64,000 nucleotides of DNA, from assembly GCF_009914755.1 (NCBI RefSeq), contig NC_060927.1, one strand, 5' to 3'. Shown in pieces: positions 1 to 13,837 of this stretch. Position 1 is the first letter of the stretch; every line of letters starts with the position of its first letter. The stretch comes from the human T2T-CHM13v2.0 reference genome, Homo sapiens. Both the position numbers and the translations under genes were made by a program. A model generated the notes under the pieces. That model was given only the letters and a program-made list of their open reading frames with translations, was not told where the DNA came from and searched no databases.

Positions 1-35
1 TGCATTACTAGAGATATCATAAATTATACTGTGAT

Positions 36-373
36 TTTTTTTTGTGTATGTGGTTTGTTTTTTTGTTTTGTTGTCTTTTTTTGTTGTTGTTTGAGACGGA
101 GTCTCGCTCTGTCGCCCAGGCTGGAGTGCAGTGGCGCGATCTCGGCTCACTGCAAGCTCCGCCTCCCAGGTTCACGCCATTCCTACCTCAGCCTCCGGAG
201 TAGCTGGGACTACAGGCGCCTGCCACAGTGCCCGGCTAAGTTTTTGTATTTTTAGTAGAGGCGGGGTTTCACCGTGTTAGCCAGGATGGTCTCGATTTCC
301 TGACTTGGTGATCTGCCCGCCTCGGCCTCCCAAAGTGCTGGGTTTACAGGCCTTAGAGCCACCGCACCCGGCC
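36..373 (-). mobile_element. AluY SINE
   Basis: Antisense Alu with Y diagnostics (ctgcaagctccgcc, ttcacgccatt, gttagccaggatggtctcgat). Degenerate T tail 36-92. Approximate TSD tatactgtgat at 25-35 and 376-386. Confidence 0.95.
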
Positions 374-396
374 TATATACTGTGATATGTTTTTAT

Positions 397-482
397 AGTG
401 TATGTGTATGTGTAGGGAAATGTCATATACGTATAGTGTATGTGTAGGGAAATACATATAGTGTATGTGTAGGGAAATGTCA
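397..482. repeat. Imperfect tandem triplication of tagtgtatgtgtagggaaat
   Basis: Three copies of gtatgtgtagggaaat read directly. Confidence 0.85.
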
Positions 483-838
483 GACAACAGGGGAAGAAAA
501 GAATGATTTGGGAATGTAAGGTTCTTCTACATGTGCAGCAATTTCGTATTATTTGAAGGAGGTGTCAGACCACTTTATAATACATATTATAAATCCTAAG
601 ACACACACACACACAGAGAATTTTTAAAAATAAGCTTAAATAATAACCCAATAAATTAGACAAATAAAATAGTTAAAATTGATTAATCACAGAGAAAGCC
701 ACAAAATAGGAAAAGAACAACAAAGAATAAAGGGAACAGATAGTAAACTGGTAGCAGAATGGTATGATTTTTTTTAAGTACATAGATGGGCATAATAGTA
801 AAGTAAGTTCTCGTAAGCCATACCCAAATATATACTGT

Positions 839-1236
839 TGTATTAGTCCGTTCTTGCATTGCTATCAAGAAATGCTGGAGACTGGGTAATTTATAAAGAA
901 AAATGGTTTAATTAGCTCACTGTTCTGCAGGTTAGCTTCTTCTTGAGTTCTGGTCGGGGGCCGCTCAGGACACTTTCAATCATGGTGGAAGGCAAAGGGG
1001 AAGCAAGCACCTCACATGGCCGGAGCAGGATAAAGAGAGAGAGGGGAGGTGATACACACTTTTAAACAGCCAGATCTCATGAGAATTCTGTCACAAGAAC
1101 AGCACTAGGGGAATGGTGTTAAACCATGAGAAATCACCCGTCTGATTCAGTCACCTTCCGCCAGGCCCCAACTCCAGCGTTGAGGATTACATTTCAACAG
1201 GAGATTTGGATAGGGACAGAGATCCAAACCGTATCA
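839..1236 (-). mobile_element. MaLR LTR (MSTA/MSTB-like)
   Basis: Starts tgtattagtccgttcttgcattgctat and ends ccaaaccgtatca, with the typical atcatggtggaaggcaaagggg core. Confidence 0.88.
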
Positions 1237-1298
1237 CCTGGTATCAATAAATCCATTTAAAATATCAACACATAGATAAGTTAAAAGAAGGGAGAAAA

Positions 1299-1597
<299 letters not shown>

Positions 1598-1621
1598 GGG
1601 AGAAGAAAAATACCATTTAAT

Positions 1622-1652
<31 letters not shown>

Positions 1653-1853
1653 ATATATATATATGTATATATGTGTATATGTGTATATGTGTATATATGT
1701 GTATATGTGTATATGTGTGTATATATGTATATATGTGTATATGTGTATATATGTGTATATGTGTATATATGTATATGTGTATATATGTATATGTGTATAT
1801 ATGTATATGTGTATATATATGTATATGTGTATACATGTATATATATACACACA
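1622..1853. repeat. Compound microsatellite (CA)n-(TA)n-(TATATGTG)n
   Basis: Read directly. Source of the overlapping CVYI/HTYI ORFs. Confidence 0.97.
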
Positions 1854-1858
1854 TAATT

Positions 1859-2062
1859 TCCAGCATAAGCAATATAGTGAGACCCTATCTCTATAAAAAA
1901 TTTAAAAATTAGCCCAGTACGGTGGTATGTGCCTATAGCTCTAGCTACTGGGAAGCTAAGGCAGGAGAATTGCTTAAGCCCAGAATTTTAAGGCTGCAGT
2001 GAACTATGATTGTGCTGCTGCACTACAGCTTGGGTGACAGAGCAAGACTTTGTCTGAAAATA
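1859..2062 (+). mobile_element. 5'-truncated AluJ
   Basis: gtgagaccctatctctataaaaaattt...ggctgcagtgaactatgattgtgctgctgcact shows J-type diagnostics. Confidence 0.88.
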
Positions 2063-3057
2063 GATAGATAAATAAATTGAATCAACCTTAAATAGACAGA
2101 ACCAAGTCAAGATGGTTTCACTAGTGAATTAAAGTAGAAGTAATAGTAATTTTCAATAATCTCTACCAAAAAGTAGAACCAGAATGATCACTTCCTAATT
2201 CATTCTGTGAGGTCAGGATTACCCTAATACCAAAACCAAATAATGTCATCTCAAGAAACCAAAACTGCCAGCTGAATATCTCTCATGAATACAGACACAA
2301 AGCACATTTAACAATATTTATACCATAGCCACGTGGCATTTATTACTTCTAAGGAAATCTCATTCTACATTTGAAACTTAATCCTTATAATTCACTGTAT
2401 CAACAAGCTCAACAAGAAAAATGATAATATAAAATGAAGCAAATGAAACTGTTATCAATATCAAACAGCCATAAATGTTACAAACTCTCAGCAAACTGTT
2501 ACAGGAAATTTCCTCAATTTGATAAAGAATATCTACAAAAAGCCTACAGCTAATATTATACTTAATAGTGAGACACAATGATTTTCTCCTAAGATCAAAA
2601 ACAATGCTAAGAAAATAGTTTTCAAATGCTATTAACATACACACATACGTACACACACACACACACAGGTACCTATGTGAGGAGATGGATGTGTTAATCC
2701 CCTTGACTGTAATAATCATTTTGTTATATATTTGTATATCAAAATAGTGTTTCACACCACACACACACAGAGATATATGTGTATGTGTGGTATAAAACAT
2801 GATATGTACATATTATATATATAATACATATAATACATATATTTATAAAATGGAAAAAATGAAAACAAACAAAAAAGAACAAGGCTAGGATGTCCTATCT
2901 TATCACAACTATTCAACTTCCTATTGAAAGTTTTAGCTGCTAAAATTAGACAAGAAAAAAAGAACAAAAATGTGTACATATTAAAAAGCAAGAAACAAAA
3001 CGCATTATTTACCTTATTTCTGGATAATATAATTGTTTATGCAGAAATCCTCAAATA

Positions 3058-3171
3058 GCCGGGCGCGGTGGCTCATGCCTGTAATCCCAGCACTTTGGGA
3101 GGCCGAGGCGGCAGATAATGAGGTCAGGAGATCGAGACCATCCTGACTAACACGGTGAAACCCCGCCTTTA

Positions 3172-3204
<33 letters not shown>

Positions 3205-3377
3205 AGCCAGGCGTGGTGTGGGGGGCGCCCGTAGTCCCACCTATTCAGGAGGCTGAGGCAGGAGAATGGCGCGAACTCGGGAGGCAGAGCTTGCAATGAG
3301 CCGAGATTGCGCCACTGCACTCCAGCCTGGGTGACAGAGGGAGCCTCCATCTCAAAAAAGAAAAAAAAAAAAGAAAG
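3058..3377 (+). mobile_element. AluY SINE with expanded A29 linker
   Basis: gagatcgagaccatcctgactaacacggtg and gagaatggcgcgaac diagnostics. Perfect 15-bp TSD agaaatcctcaaata at 3043-3057 and 3378-3392. Confidence 0.96.
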
Positions 3378-4555
3378 AGAAATCCTCAAATAATTACCTG
3401 AAATTTTACTAAACTGAGAATGAGTTTCACGAGAGAGAATGATATAAGGTGAATATAGAAAAATAGTTTTCTTATATACCTGCATTAACAATGTGGTTTT
3501 ACATCTAAAAAGAATGACATTTACATAGCAACACCACCGCCACAATGAAGTCTTTAGGTCTAAATTTAACAAAATATGTATAGAATCTATATATGGAAAA
3601 ATGTAAAATTCTGATTAAATAAATAAAAGATCTAAATTAATTAAATTATACGCATTTTATTGCATTGGAAGAATAAATTTTGTTAAGAAGTAATTTTTTT
3701 CCAATTGGAACTATAAATTCAAGGTCATGTCAGTCAAAAATCTCAGCCACTAGTTGTAGATATTCACAGATAGACTTAATGTTAACATAAAAAGGCAAAA
3801 AAAAAAAAAAACTTGAGTAACTGGAATAAGTCTACAAAAAAGAGAGAGAGAGAAGAACAGAGTTAGAGAATTGGAAGATTCATACTACCTAAATAGAATT
3901 ACTATAAATCTAAAGTAATTAAAGTACTGTATTAGCAAAGAATAAACCCATAGATGAATGGAACAGAATAGAAAGCACAGGAATAGATGTACACAAACAT
4001 AGTAAACTAATTTTTGACCATGGTGAGATGATAATTAAATAGAAAAGAAATAATCTTTTTAATAACATTTCCTGAAATATTTGAAAGCCCGTATGTAAAA
4101 AATGTTAACTTCTAAACAGCCTCATATTTTATACAAAAGTTTACTCAAAATGCTCACAGATTACTTGTAAATTTTAACACTATAACAAATCCAGAATAAA
4201 ACAAAGGAGAAAATCTGTATGACCTTGGGTTTGGTGATGAGTTTTCAGATTCAACATCAAAAGTATAGCCAATGAAAGAAATAATTCATAAGTTGGACTG
4301 TATTAAAACTAAAACAATTTGCTTTGTGAAAGACACTAGTGGAATAAAAAGTCAAGCCACAAAATAATAGAAATTAAGTGCAAAACATGTATCTGAGAAG
4401 GAATTATATCTAAATGATACACACAAAACCCTTAAGGCTCAAAAGTAAGAAATTAACTCAATTAAAATTAAAATTTTAGCAAATAATATAAACAGATAAC
4501 TCACTCAAAAAGATGCACAAGGGAAATATAAGCATCTGAAAAGATAATCAACATC

Positions 4556-4930
4556 TGTCTTTGTCAAGAAAGGCTGCTATATCAAAATAATACAGACTGG
4601 GTGGCCTGAACAACAGAAATTTATTTCTCACACTTCTGGAGGCTGTGAAGTACAAGATCAAGGTGATTGCCAGTTTTCTGTTGAGGAGTCTTTTCCTGGC
4701 TTGCAGACAGCTGCCTTCTCATTGTGTTCTGACATGATGGAAAAAGAGAGAGAGCAAGCTTTCTGATGTTTCTTCTTAGAAGGACATAATCCCATCATTA
4801 GGGCCACACCCTCATGACCTTATTTAATACTAATTACCTCCCAAAGGCTACATTTCCAAATACCATCACACTGGAGGTTAGGGTTTCCATGCATGAATTT
4901 TGGGAGGACAAAAATATTCAGTCCAGAATA
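4556..4930 (-). mobile_element. MaLR LTR (MLT1A-like) inserted in L1
   Basis: cagactgggtggcctgaacaacagaaatttatttctcacacttctggaggctg...ttcagtccagaata. L1 sequence resumes on both sides. Confidence 0.88.
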
Positions 4931-5769
4931 TCCCTTGTCATTAGGAAAATGCAAAGTGAAACAGCAATGAAATACCACTGCACTTTTATTTGAATGGCTA
5001 AAATCCAAAAACCTGAACAATATAGAAGAACTTTTATTCATTGCACATGGGTAATTACCATGGTTAAAATATTTGATAGTCTTTGGAATAATGTTTGGTA
5101 ATTTCTCACAGAATTAAACATAGTCTTAACGTGACAAAGCAATCACACCCCAAAGCATTTACACACTGATCCAAAAACCTATGTCGACACAAAACACAGC
5201 ACACAAATGTGGACTGGAGTTTTATGCATCATTATCAAAACTGGAAACAACCAAAATATCCTTTATTAGGTAACTGGTTACATAGTCATACAATGGATTA
5301 CTATTCAGTGATATAAAGGAATGAGTTCTCAAGACATGTTAAGACATAGATAAATCTTCAATGTGTACGTTAAATGAAAGAAGCCAGCCTTAAAAGACTA
5401 TATATGACTCAATTTATATCACACTTGGAAAACAGCACACTCCAGAGACAGTAAAAGTAAACAGATCAGTGGTTGCAGCATTCAGTGGGAACTGAGAATT
5501 TAAGTAGGTAATGTAAAGGGAATTTGTTAGGGCAGCAGAACAATTCTGAATAATACTTTAATAGTGGATACATATTGCTATACTTTTTTTACTCATGAAA
5601 CTATTGAACAAAGAACACATCTCAATATATATAATATTAAAAAACAAATAAAAAAGTACACATTTGGCTGATCAATGTGTGTTTGAGGCTGACCTTATCA
5701 AATAAGCCCTTTAAAAGCAGAGTTCTTAACCACTTGCCACTGACAAGAAGTCTGAGATACTTCTTCCAT

Positions 5770-6156
5770 CTGGCTCAAATCAAAGAACATATTGGTGTGG
5801 TGAGTTGCTTACTGGGGGCAACATCAGTGGAATTTGAGACTGGTCACTGGAAGATGAGAATAACCTCCACCTGGTAGCCAGCAAATAGAAGGAGACCCTC
5901 ATTCTACAACCACATAGAACTAGATTCTGTTAAAAAAAGATGAATTAATTTGGAGGTGAACTTTTCTTAAATGTCTCTAGAAGAAAATTCAGCCTGGCTA
6001 ACACTCTGATTTCACTCTTGTGGTCCTCTGACCAGAAAACCTAGCTGCAACTTGCCAGACTCCTGACATTCAGAGCTCTGAGGTATTAAGTATGCTGTTT
6101 TCAGCTGCTAAATTTGTGGTGGTTTGCCACCATGAAGTAATAAAAAAAATTATATA
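5770..6156 (+). mobile_element. MaLR LTR (MLT1E/F/G-like)
   Basis: agccagcaaatagaaggagaccctc...tgttttcagctgctaaatttgtggtggtttg matches the MLT1 3' end. Confidence 0.75.
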
Positions 6157-6257
6157 ATAAATAATTAAATATATTAGAGACAAGTAAATATTACTCCAAG
6201 AATTCCAAGTAGTGAAGGTAAAAGTAACGTGGGAAATAGAAAATCCCTATTAATACC

Positions 6258-6684
6258 TGCCTTACTTTGGTTTGTGCTGCTATAATGAAGTAACTGAGAC
6301 TAGGTGATTTTAAAATAACATAAATGTATTGGCTTACAGTTATGGAGGCTGGGAATTCTATGGCCAAGGCTCCAGGAGGTTTGTCTGGTGGGGCTATTCT
6401 CTTCCTCCAGGATGGTGTCTTGCACACAGTGTTCTCTGGGTGGGAGGAAGCCTGGAGATTCTCATGACAGAGAGCAGAAGGGCAGAGAGATAGAGACAGA
6501 GAGGAAGAGAGAAAGTGAGAGAGTGCGTAATTCTGAAATCCTTTTTCTAACGTTATTAAACCCACCCATGTAGGTGGAGTTTTCATGGTCTAATTACCCC
6601 TTAAAGTTTCCCCCTTTATTCCATTATATTGGCAATTAAATTTCAGCATGAGTCTTTGGGAAGACAAAGGTTGATCATAGTGAC
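6258..6684 (-). mobile_element. MaLR LTR (MSTC/MSTD-like)
   Basis: tgctgctataatgaagtaactgagactaggtg...ggaggctgggaattct...ttaaatttcagcatgag. Confidence 0.78.
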
Positions 6685-6788
6685 ACCACAGTAATAAGTG
6701 CTTCACATACATCCACAGTTGAATGATAAAATTAACACGCAAAAATTTAAGGAGAAACAAAATATTTTTGCAGATTCAAATTATCCTC

Positions 6789-7084
6789 GGCTGGGCACAG
6801 TGGTTCACGCCTGTAATACAGCACTTTGGGAGCCTGAGGTGCACAGATCACCTGAGGTCAGGAGTTTGAGACCAGCCTGGCCAACATGGTGAAATCCCAT
6901 CTCTATTAAAAATACAAAAATTAGCTGGGCATGGTGGCACATGCCTGTAAACCCAGCTACTTGGGAGGCTAAGGCAGGAGAATAGCTTTTGAACCCGGAA
7001 GGCAGAGATTGCAGTGATCTGAGATTGTGCCACTGCACTGCAGCCTGAGCGACAGAGAAAGACTCCATCTCAAGAAGAAAAAAA
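6789..7084 (+). mobile_element. AluSx-like SINE inserted in an L1MC 3'UTR
   Basis: Full dimer with gatcacctgaggtcaggagtttgagaccagcctggccaacatggtg. Confidence 0.94.
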
Positions 7085-7470
7085 TCTTCTTCAAAATAAT
7101 TATTAATTACTCTGATGTTTGTAACAAATGTCTACAGCTTCTTTGGTATTGCTCCTTCCAGGATATGGAGTTCAATTTTCTTCCCACTGAGTACAGGCTT
7201 GACTTACAACTCATTTACAATGAAATGGGTATGGACATAGAAAAATAGTAAATTTACTGTAGAGAAACTTGGCAGACATCACCTTATCCAGTGCGATAAT
7301 CATTAATTAATTATTAATCAAAATTAGTATCATAAATCATGTCATATTGATACCATGTATTCCCTGATTGGATGAAATTATAAGGGCATCTTATTATTAT
7401 TCTTCCCCAGAATAATCATAAGAAAACATCAGGCAAAATTAAATTGAAATACATTTTTAAAAATACTAGG
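7085..7470 (+). mobile_element. L1MC4-like 3'UTR fragment
   Basis: aaaaatagtaaatttactgtagagaaacttggcagacatcacctt and aatcataagaaaacatcaggcaaa motifs. Confidence 0.7.
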
Positions 7471-7499
7471 TGTAGAGAGTCTTACCATATTTCCATTTA

Positions 7500-8506
7500 T
7501 TCACCAGTCTGCCTTCTGGAGAAACAGGTGGGTCTGGGGGAAGAAGTCCACAGACTTAACCTAGAAGACCACATGCTTAACCAAGTAGTAGACCTGACTA
7601 AAGCCCTGTGACTGATGCTTTAAGCACTATTAAAGCAGATGAATAAGGTCTCACCTCTCACTCTGGGAGGCTTATATAATACCTGATACATAAGCAAGAA
7701 ATCCTCCATAGCATATTCTTCAACCTGGGACCCTACTTCACAAAGAACTTGTGAGATGAGCACGTAACAGTGGGATCTACCAGTCAGATTATGTACTGCA
7801 CTATACAGAAACTTCAATATGAAGCTATGTTCTCAAACAAAAGGCCATATGGGACTTTCACCCTAGAGGTAAAACAGGACTCAAATTACCATCACTTCCA
7901 GTGATTCAGCTGAGCACTTGTGCTTCCCATTCCCACAAACGTTGGCTCTGTGTATTTGGAAATACTACTCCCCAAGACACCTGCACTTTTTCCCACTAAC
8001 AAAGTGAGGATGTCAGTAAATTACCAGTTGCAGCTGCTGCCAAAATATTTTGGACTCTTTACTGGCAGATGAAAAGAAGAGTCCCCATAATGCAGAGTCT
8101 AATCAGCAGGAGGAGATTGAGCTGCTTTTACAAAATGGTAAGAGGAAGAAATACATGTGCAATCCAAGTAATCCACTTAGGTGCCTCCTGATGTTCCTTT
8201 GATCCATTTTTTAAGTGTGAATGAACATATACAGCAACCTGATCTGAGAAGGATAGAAGGATCAAAGTTTGAGCAATGAAAGTTTGGGACACAGCATGTG
8301 TAGGCCTGCCTAAGTGAAAGCTTAAAGATAAATTAGACTGGATAGTGGCTGGAGGAGATGTGTACTAATTTCAGGGCAGAGATCAGCTGAAGTGTTGGGG
8401 GCCATAGTTCACCCCACTAACCTTATTCAAGCAAAATAGCACATAGAAACCACGGACATGCTGTACCACAAACCAATATGGAGAAAGAGTGGCACAAGTT
8501 GTGTAC
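7500..8506 (+). mobile_element. ERVL internal fragment (ERV3-16A3-int-like; integrase core, dUTPase-like region, PPT)
   Basis: tgtgcttcccattcccaca, gagctgcttttacaaaatgg and ccacttaggtgcctcctgatg resemble the ERVL 3' pol region. Ends at a degenerate PPT before TGTGG. Confidence 0.65.
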
Positions 8507-8809
8507 TGTGGTGGTCGTTAAAATATCCTGTAGACCTCTAATGATAGAAAAAGTATTTGACCAAGCAGCTGCTCTGTGAAGTCTCACCCTGGGTTAACAT
8601 GGAGTCCACACTTTCCCTGGGCTGCTCCCAGACAATGATGGAGTGCAGCAGCGATATCATGCAGGTCCATTTCTGAGAGAAGTGGAATTCCATGGATGGT
8701 TAAAGTTGACTCAAAGACTCCTTGTTTTCCCTCACATAGATATTTGCCCTAATAAAAACCATTCATATTTAATCTTGTCTTCATAACTTTTAGAGAATCC
8801 AGACTAACA
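8507..8809 (+). mobile_element. ERVL-class LTR (LTR16-like)
   Basis: TG...CA termini, AATAAA near 8751, ends gagaatccagactaaca. Confidence 0.6.
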
Positions 8810-8829
8810 TATATTAGAATTGTTAAATT

Positions 8830-10100
8830 GTAGATTATGAAAATACTCAAATTTACTGGATAATTCCACATTATTTAGAAGGAGAGCATACCAAGATTGT
8901 ATGTTAGAATTAATTTGAATTAGCCATTTTACCAACACTCGGTATTTTCAGATTTTTAGTCTGTGACAGTATGTTACCTTTCAAACCCTGTCCAATTTCA
9001 GCTTTCCTTTGCATTTTTCTAATTTCTGTTATGGGTGAATGTCTTTTTCTCTACGTAGTGACCACTTATATTTTCTTTTATGTGAAGGCATGCTTTCTAA
9101 ATCTTTATCAATATTTCTATTGTGTTGTTTATATTTGTCTTATTAATTTACATAAGTTATTTACATAATCTTGATAGTACTCTCTCTTTAGAAATATGTG
9201 TGGTGATTTTTTTTTGGTATTTGTGGCTCGTGATTTCACTTTTTTTTTTTTTTCTTCAAGACAGATCTCACTGTGTCGCCCAGGTTGTAATACAGTGGGA
9301 CCATTTCGGCTCACTGCACCCTCCGCCTCCCAGATTCAAGTGATTCTTGTGCCTCAGCCTCCCAGGTAGCTTGGATTACAGGTGTGCGCCACCAGCATGC
9401 CCAGCTGATTTTTGTCATTTAGTAGAGACAAGGTTTCACCATTTTAGCCAGGCTAGTCTAGAACTCCTAACCTCAGGTGATCTGCCCGCTTTAGCCTCCC
9501 AAAATGCTGGAATGACAGGCGTAAGCCATCACAGGAGGTCTGATTTTACATTTTAAATAATGGCTTTTGAGGAATGAAAATATTTCTTCTACAGTGCTCA
9601 AATTTTTTGACTTTTTCATAAATGCTTCATGATTGATTTTCTGTATTTAAGAAAGTTGTTTCTAACACAGGTGCATACAGATAATCTATTATTTTATCTA
9701 TAAATGTAAACATTTTTGACCAGGCCATTTGAGATACATATTTTGGAATTTTCAACTGCTTGTTTGTTTTCCATATAAATAACCAAATGATCTGGCACAT
9801 TTTTTTAAGATTTTATTTTTTCCCAATTATCTGAAATCTAAAATAAGTCATATATGAAAATTAACAAATAAAATAAATATGAGTCTTTTCTGGGTTCTTT
9901 GTTATATTCATTGTATCTATTACTTTATTCATATGCCAAGTAACAGTGTCTTGCTTACTATATTTTTGTAATAGTTCCTGTTATCTGGAGGAGCAAGTCT
10001 TGATATTATTTCTTGTTTTTATTTTTGTTTGTATATTTTGGCATCTCCTTATTGAGTTAAATAAGATATTTTCATTATAATTTCATTAAAATTATGCATT
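8830..10100 (-). mobile_element. Very old antisense L1 fragments (L1ME/L1M5-like)
   Basis: T-rich antisense ORF2-like segments (ttttaccaacactcggtatt, cagtgtcttgcttactatatttttgtaatag). Confidence 0.55.
9240..9540 (-). mobile_element. AluS SINE
   Basis: Antisense full dimer. Imperfect TSD tgattt(c/t)ac. Confidence 0.93.
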
Positions 10101-10776
10101 AATTTGATTATATTTTACAACTTTATGCTACTAGTTTTTTAATTAATAAACATAGAATATATGTGTATTTACTTTTTCCTCCCTAATAAAGATTTAAAAC
10201 TTTTAATATTTTCTCCTGCTTTATAATACATAGTGCCTGGCAGATCACAGGTGTTCAGTATGTATGTAATATTGATGACAGAATTTGAATAGGCAGGTGT
10301 TATTGGATATCTATTATTAGTTAATTATTTGTATCTAAATAATAGAAAAGTTCTCTTTAGATCTACCTGGTTCAAGCTTTTTGGAACCCAGTAAACAGAC
10401 AGTGGCCCAGAGAAACCCTGATAATATGGGCCCAGGATTTCCTTTCTTTAGCCTTCTCCCACTATACATCAGTGTGTTTATAATTTGAATACTCTGTATT
10501 GCATAATTTTAAGTAAATTAATATTTTCTAAGTTACCTGATCATACTTTTTGTTGTAATGATTGTAAATGTAAAATTTACTAAAATGTCCCTCTATCAAC
10601 TTTGTGCCATGAGAATAAGAGTTAACACACATTTGTATTCCTGATATTTAAGTGTGGACATAATAATTATTTAAATTATTTTCAGTGATATATTAAAAGT
10701 TTATTTCAAAGAAAAGATCAATGGAATTTATTTATTAAATATAATTATTCAAATCAAATCAAAGCAAAGATTAGTG

Positions 10777-11501
10777 TGTGCCAGTTATCAATTTATTGAT
10801 TCTAAGCTCCAATCCCACTCACTCTTCATTGACTGCTTTGTGAAATGGAGACTCTGTAAGCATTTTCTTTTGTAACTGATGCTAAATATTGGCAGTTGAG
10901 AACACTCTAGGGACAGAGAAGAAAGAAAGGCTCTTTTTTTTCCTGGTTCCAGTGTTTAATTATTTTCTTCTTTCTTGTTCTGTGTATCTATGAGCAGTGG
11001 CCTTTACCTCCAGCAGTTTCAGTGACATCTCCTTGGATGAACTCTCAATAAGCCTCAGAGTTATCCCAGCAATTGACTTACCAGCCTTAGACTACCAGAA
11101 CCTCGCCAGGATGTCTTTACCTTGCCAGATCCAGCTAAGGTTCCCTACTCACCAGCCTAAACCCACAGGTTCTGCTATGAGAGGCTTTGAGTTTATCAGT
11201 CCTGGCCTGTAGATTCTTGTGTGCCAATCTTGACCAGCAGACTTTGAACCAGTTATGGTTGGAAAACTCAGTGAATTTCTCCTCCATCCTATGACCTTCT
11301 CTTTCCAGGTCTGAATTCCAACCTTGAGGGAGATACTTCTTCAAGTTCATATATTTTTGAATATTCTCCCTCAGATCCAGAGTATTACCCTGTGCGTTCT
11401 TTACCCTTTCAAAATCAATCACCTATTATATAATAATTAAAAAGTATTTTGTTCAAATTACTGTATGAGTTCAGTCTCCTAACTGAATCCTGGCTGATAC
11501 G
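10777..11501 (+). mobile_element. LTR41-family ERVL solo LTR
   Basis: Start tgtgccagttatcaatttattgattctaagctccaa and end ttcaaattactgtatgagttcagtctcctaactgaatcctggctgatac match LTR41 termini. Confidence 0.8.
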
Positions 11502-13699
11502 TACTATTTTCTGTAATTCTTCATATTCACTGAAACCATTAAAAAATATTATTCCTCCTGTAGTTTCCTCTCAAATTTTACTTATTTATCATATTCTTAT
11601 ATTATAACCTAGCATTTTGTATTCTTACATTATTTAACATTATTCTTTTATTTATTTACATTTGTATACATTTGTATAATTATGATACAGCTTTCAAAAT
11701 GTATCCTATGTAGGCTGATTATAAGGGAGATTTGACTGCCATGAAAGTAAAGTTCCTGTTTCTTTATAAATTCACTTAGATAATTTGTTTACTGAACAAT
11801 TATATTTCCACTTTAACTTGCATAAGTCTTGTAATATATATTATATTTGCATATGATTTTCCCAAAGGGAAAGCGAAAACATAGAACATGTCAACTTCAT
11901 GAAGGATTGTGGACTTTATTGATGGAAACATTTGTTTTTTCTGTGTGGGAGGAGTAAATTACGCAAATTAAGAAGTGAAATCTATATCCCATATTTAAAC
12001 ATGAAGTTGTATTATTTCCACAATTTCTATATAAAAAGGCATTATGTTTTCCTAAAAGTTTCTAATATTTATAATATTTGTGAATTCATCCATGCCACTC
12101 CAAATCACTATTCTAAATTTTGTAAAAGCTTTTAGAGACTTTGGATTTTCTTTTTCCAACTCAGAGTCACTGAGAGATGCTGAACATCTTCTGATAATCC
12201 TCAGCTTGTTTAATAAGAATGGGTTTTTGGAAATATTCAACTGAGTTTTGTCTTTAAATAATAATCCCAATACTTTCAAGCTACTCATATTTCAGAACTA
12301 TACTATATGACTGGAAATGCTAAATATTAATAGATGATCCCAAAGAAATGTACAAAGTGTTAATCATGATTTTTCATTTGAAGGTATTTCTTTATTACTA
12401 GTTGCCAACTTATGTACATATTGAGACTAGACTATAATTGTACAAATATGTTATAATCAGTGAATGCTTATTTCTTCTAATTATAAACCTACATTAAAAA
12501 CAAAATTTATCTTTCATTATTAATATTAATGTTAATATTATTTTTGTTTGGAGAGGTGTTATAAGACTCTTGTGAAAGATAAATAAACAAATTTCTCCAA
12601 GAAACTGGGAAATGGTACAGTGATGTTGGCAAGATGTGATACATTATCACCTTCAGATCTGTTTCTGTAAGATAACTAAAAAGCTATCTATTAAGAAATG
12701 TTAAGTTTTTATGTATAAAATACAAGTAATATAATCTAAGGGCCCTTGCAATAAAAGACAATGAATCCTTTTTCTACGTGTTGAATATTTTTCATGCCTC
12801 ATTTTACACATTCTTATCCCCACCTTTTGTGATCATCAGCACACCGACAGATAATACTTGAGAGTTATCATTAAAACTCCTTGCTCAGCTATATCTCAAA
12901 TCTTTTGCTTTATGCCTTGGACAGCCTTTCTCTCTACCATGTGGATGCCTGCAGAAGCCTGCACAGTCATTCTGCCACATGCACTGTGGATACACAGCTG
13001 ATTTACAGCTGGGCTGAAAAAGCCTCATCTCTGTTTCTGGGGATTCCAGGATATCCTGTTTTTGACTCTTAGCTAAGGTAAGTGCAAGACTTATGATGTG
13101 CAGTTTAAAGTTGAAACTCTCCTGATGATCTCCAAATCAGTTTCTTCACTGGTAGTTTACTATGAACCTAATCAGTTAGGTCAGCTTTCTTGATTTAGTG
13201 GCCGGTGGTGTACTGCAAACCCTCACTAGATCTTCTGCTTTGAGCTCTTTGGCAACCAAGATTCTTCACTCAGAAGTTGGTAGTTCAAGCTGCAGAAAAA
13301 GCACTGTCTATGTGTGTGTGAGAATAAGGCCTCTCGGAGCTGGTGCATGGAATGTCTACAGGATCTGATACTTTCTGCACTCTTTTTCTCTTACTGGACC
13401 ATATTGTTTGTCTTCAAATATGACCTTTAACGCAAGTATGCTCGGTGGTGTCTGCTTAATCCTTTCAATTATTAAAACTTGGGAACTCTTTGCATGTATA
13501 AACTTGGAAGTGGAAAGGATATAATAATTCTGGGACAAAATTTGATCAATGAGCAGCAAAAGCCAATTGATACGTATAGGCTTCATTTGTGTCTCAGATG
13601 GACACTTCTGAGATGCAAGGTAAAAAGTCGCTTGGACTGTCCCAGCAACAATGATGTCCATTTTAGCGCAGAAATATCCAACTCGTTCTTCACCCTTAA

Positions 13700-13837
13700 A
13701 TGGGGTTTTTCTCTTTCCCTGTTTTATTTTTCCCAGTCTTTCTAGTTCTGATCATTGGCATCAGTTCTTCAAATGAATTAGCTGAGTGCAGTTCCTAGAT
13801 TCAGATTCTGCTTTGGGAGCAAACCCAAGCTAGGACA
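13700..13837 (+). mobile_element. 3' end of an old ERVL-class LTR (LTR33-like), may extend upstream
   Basis: ttctgctttgggagcaaacccaagctaggaca resembles ERVL LTR U5 ends. Confidence 0.45.

Larger units (their letters stand above)
2085..5650 (+). mobile_element. Old L1 (L1MC/L1MD-like) degenerate ORF2 and 3'UTR, interrupted by younger inserts
   Basis: Recognisable L1 ORF2 segments (gatggtttcactagtgaatt, cctacagctaatattatacttaat, gaatggaacagaatagaaagc) and 3'UTR (tcagtggttgc). Many stops. Confidence 0.8.
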
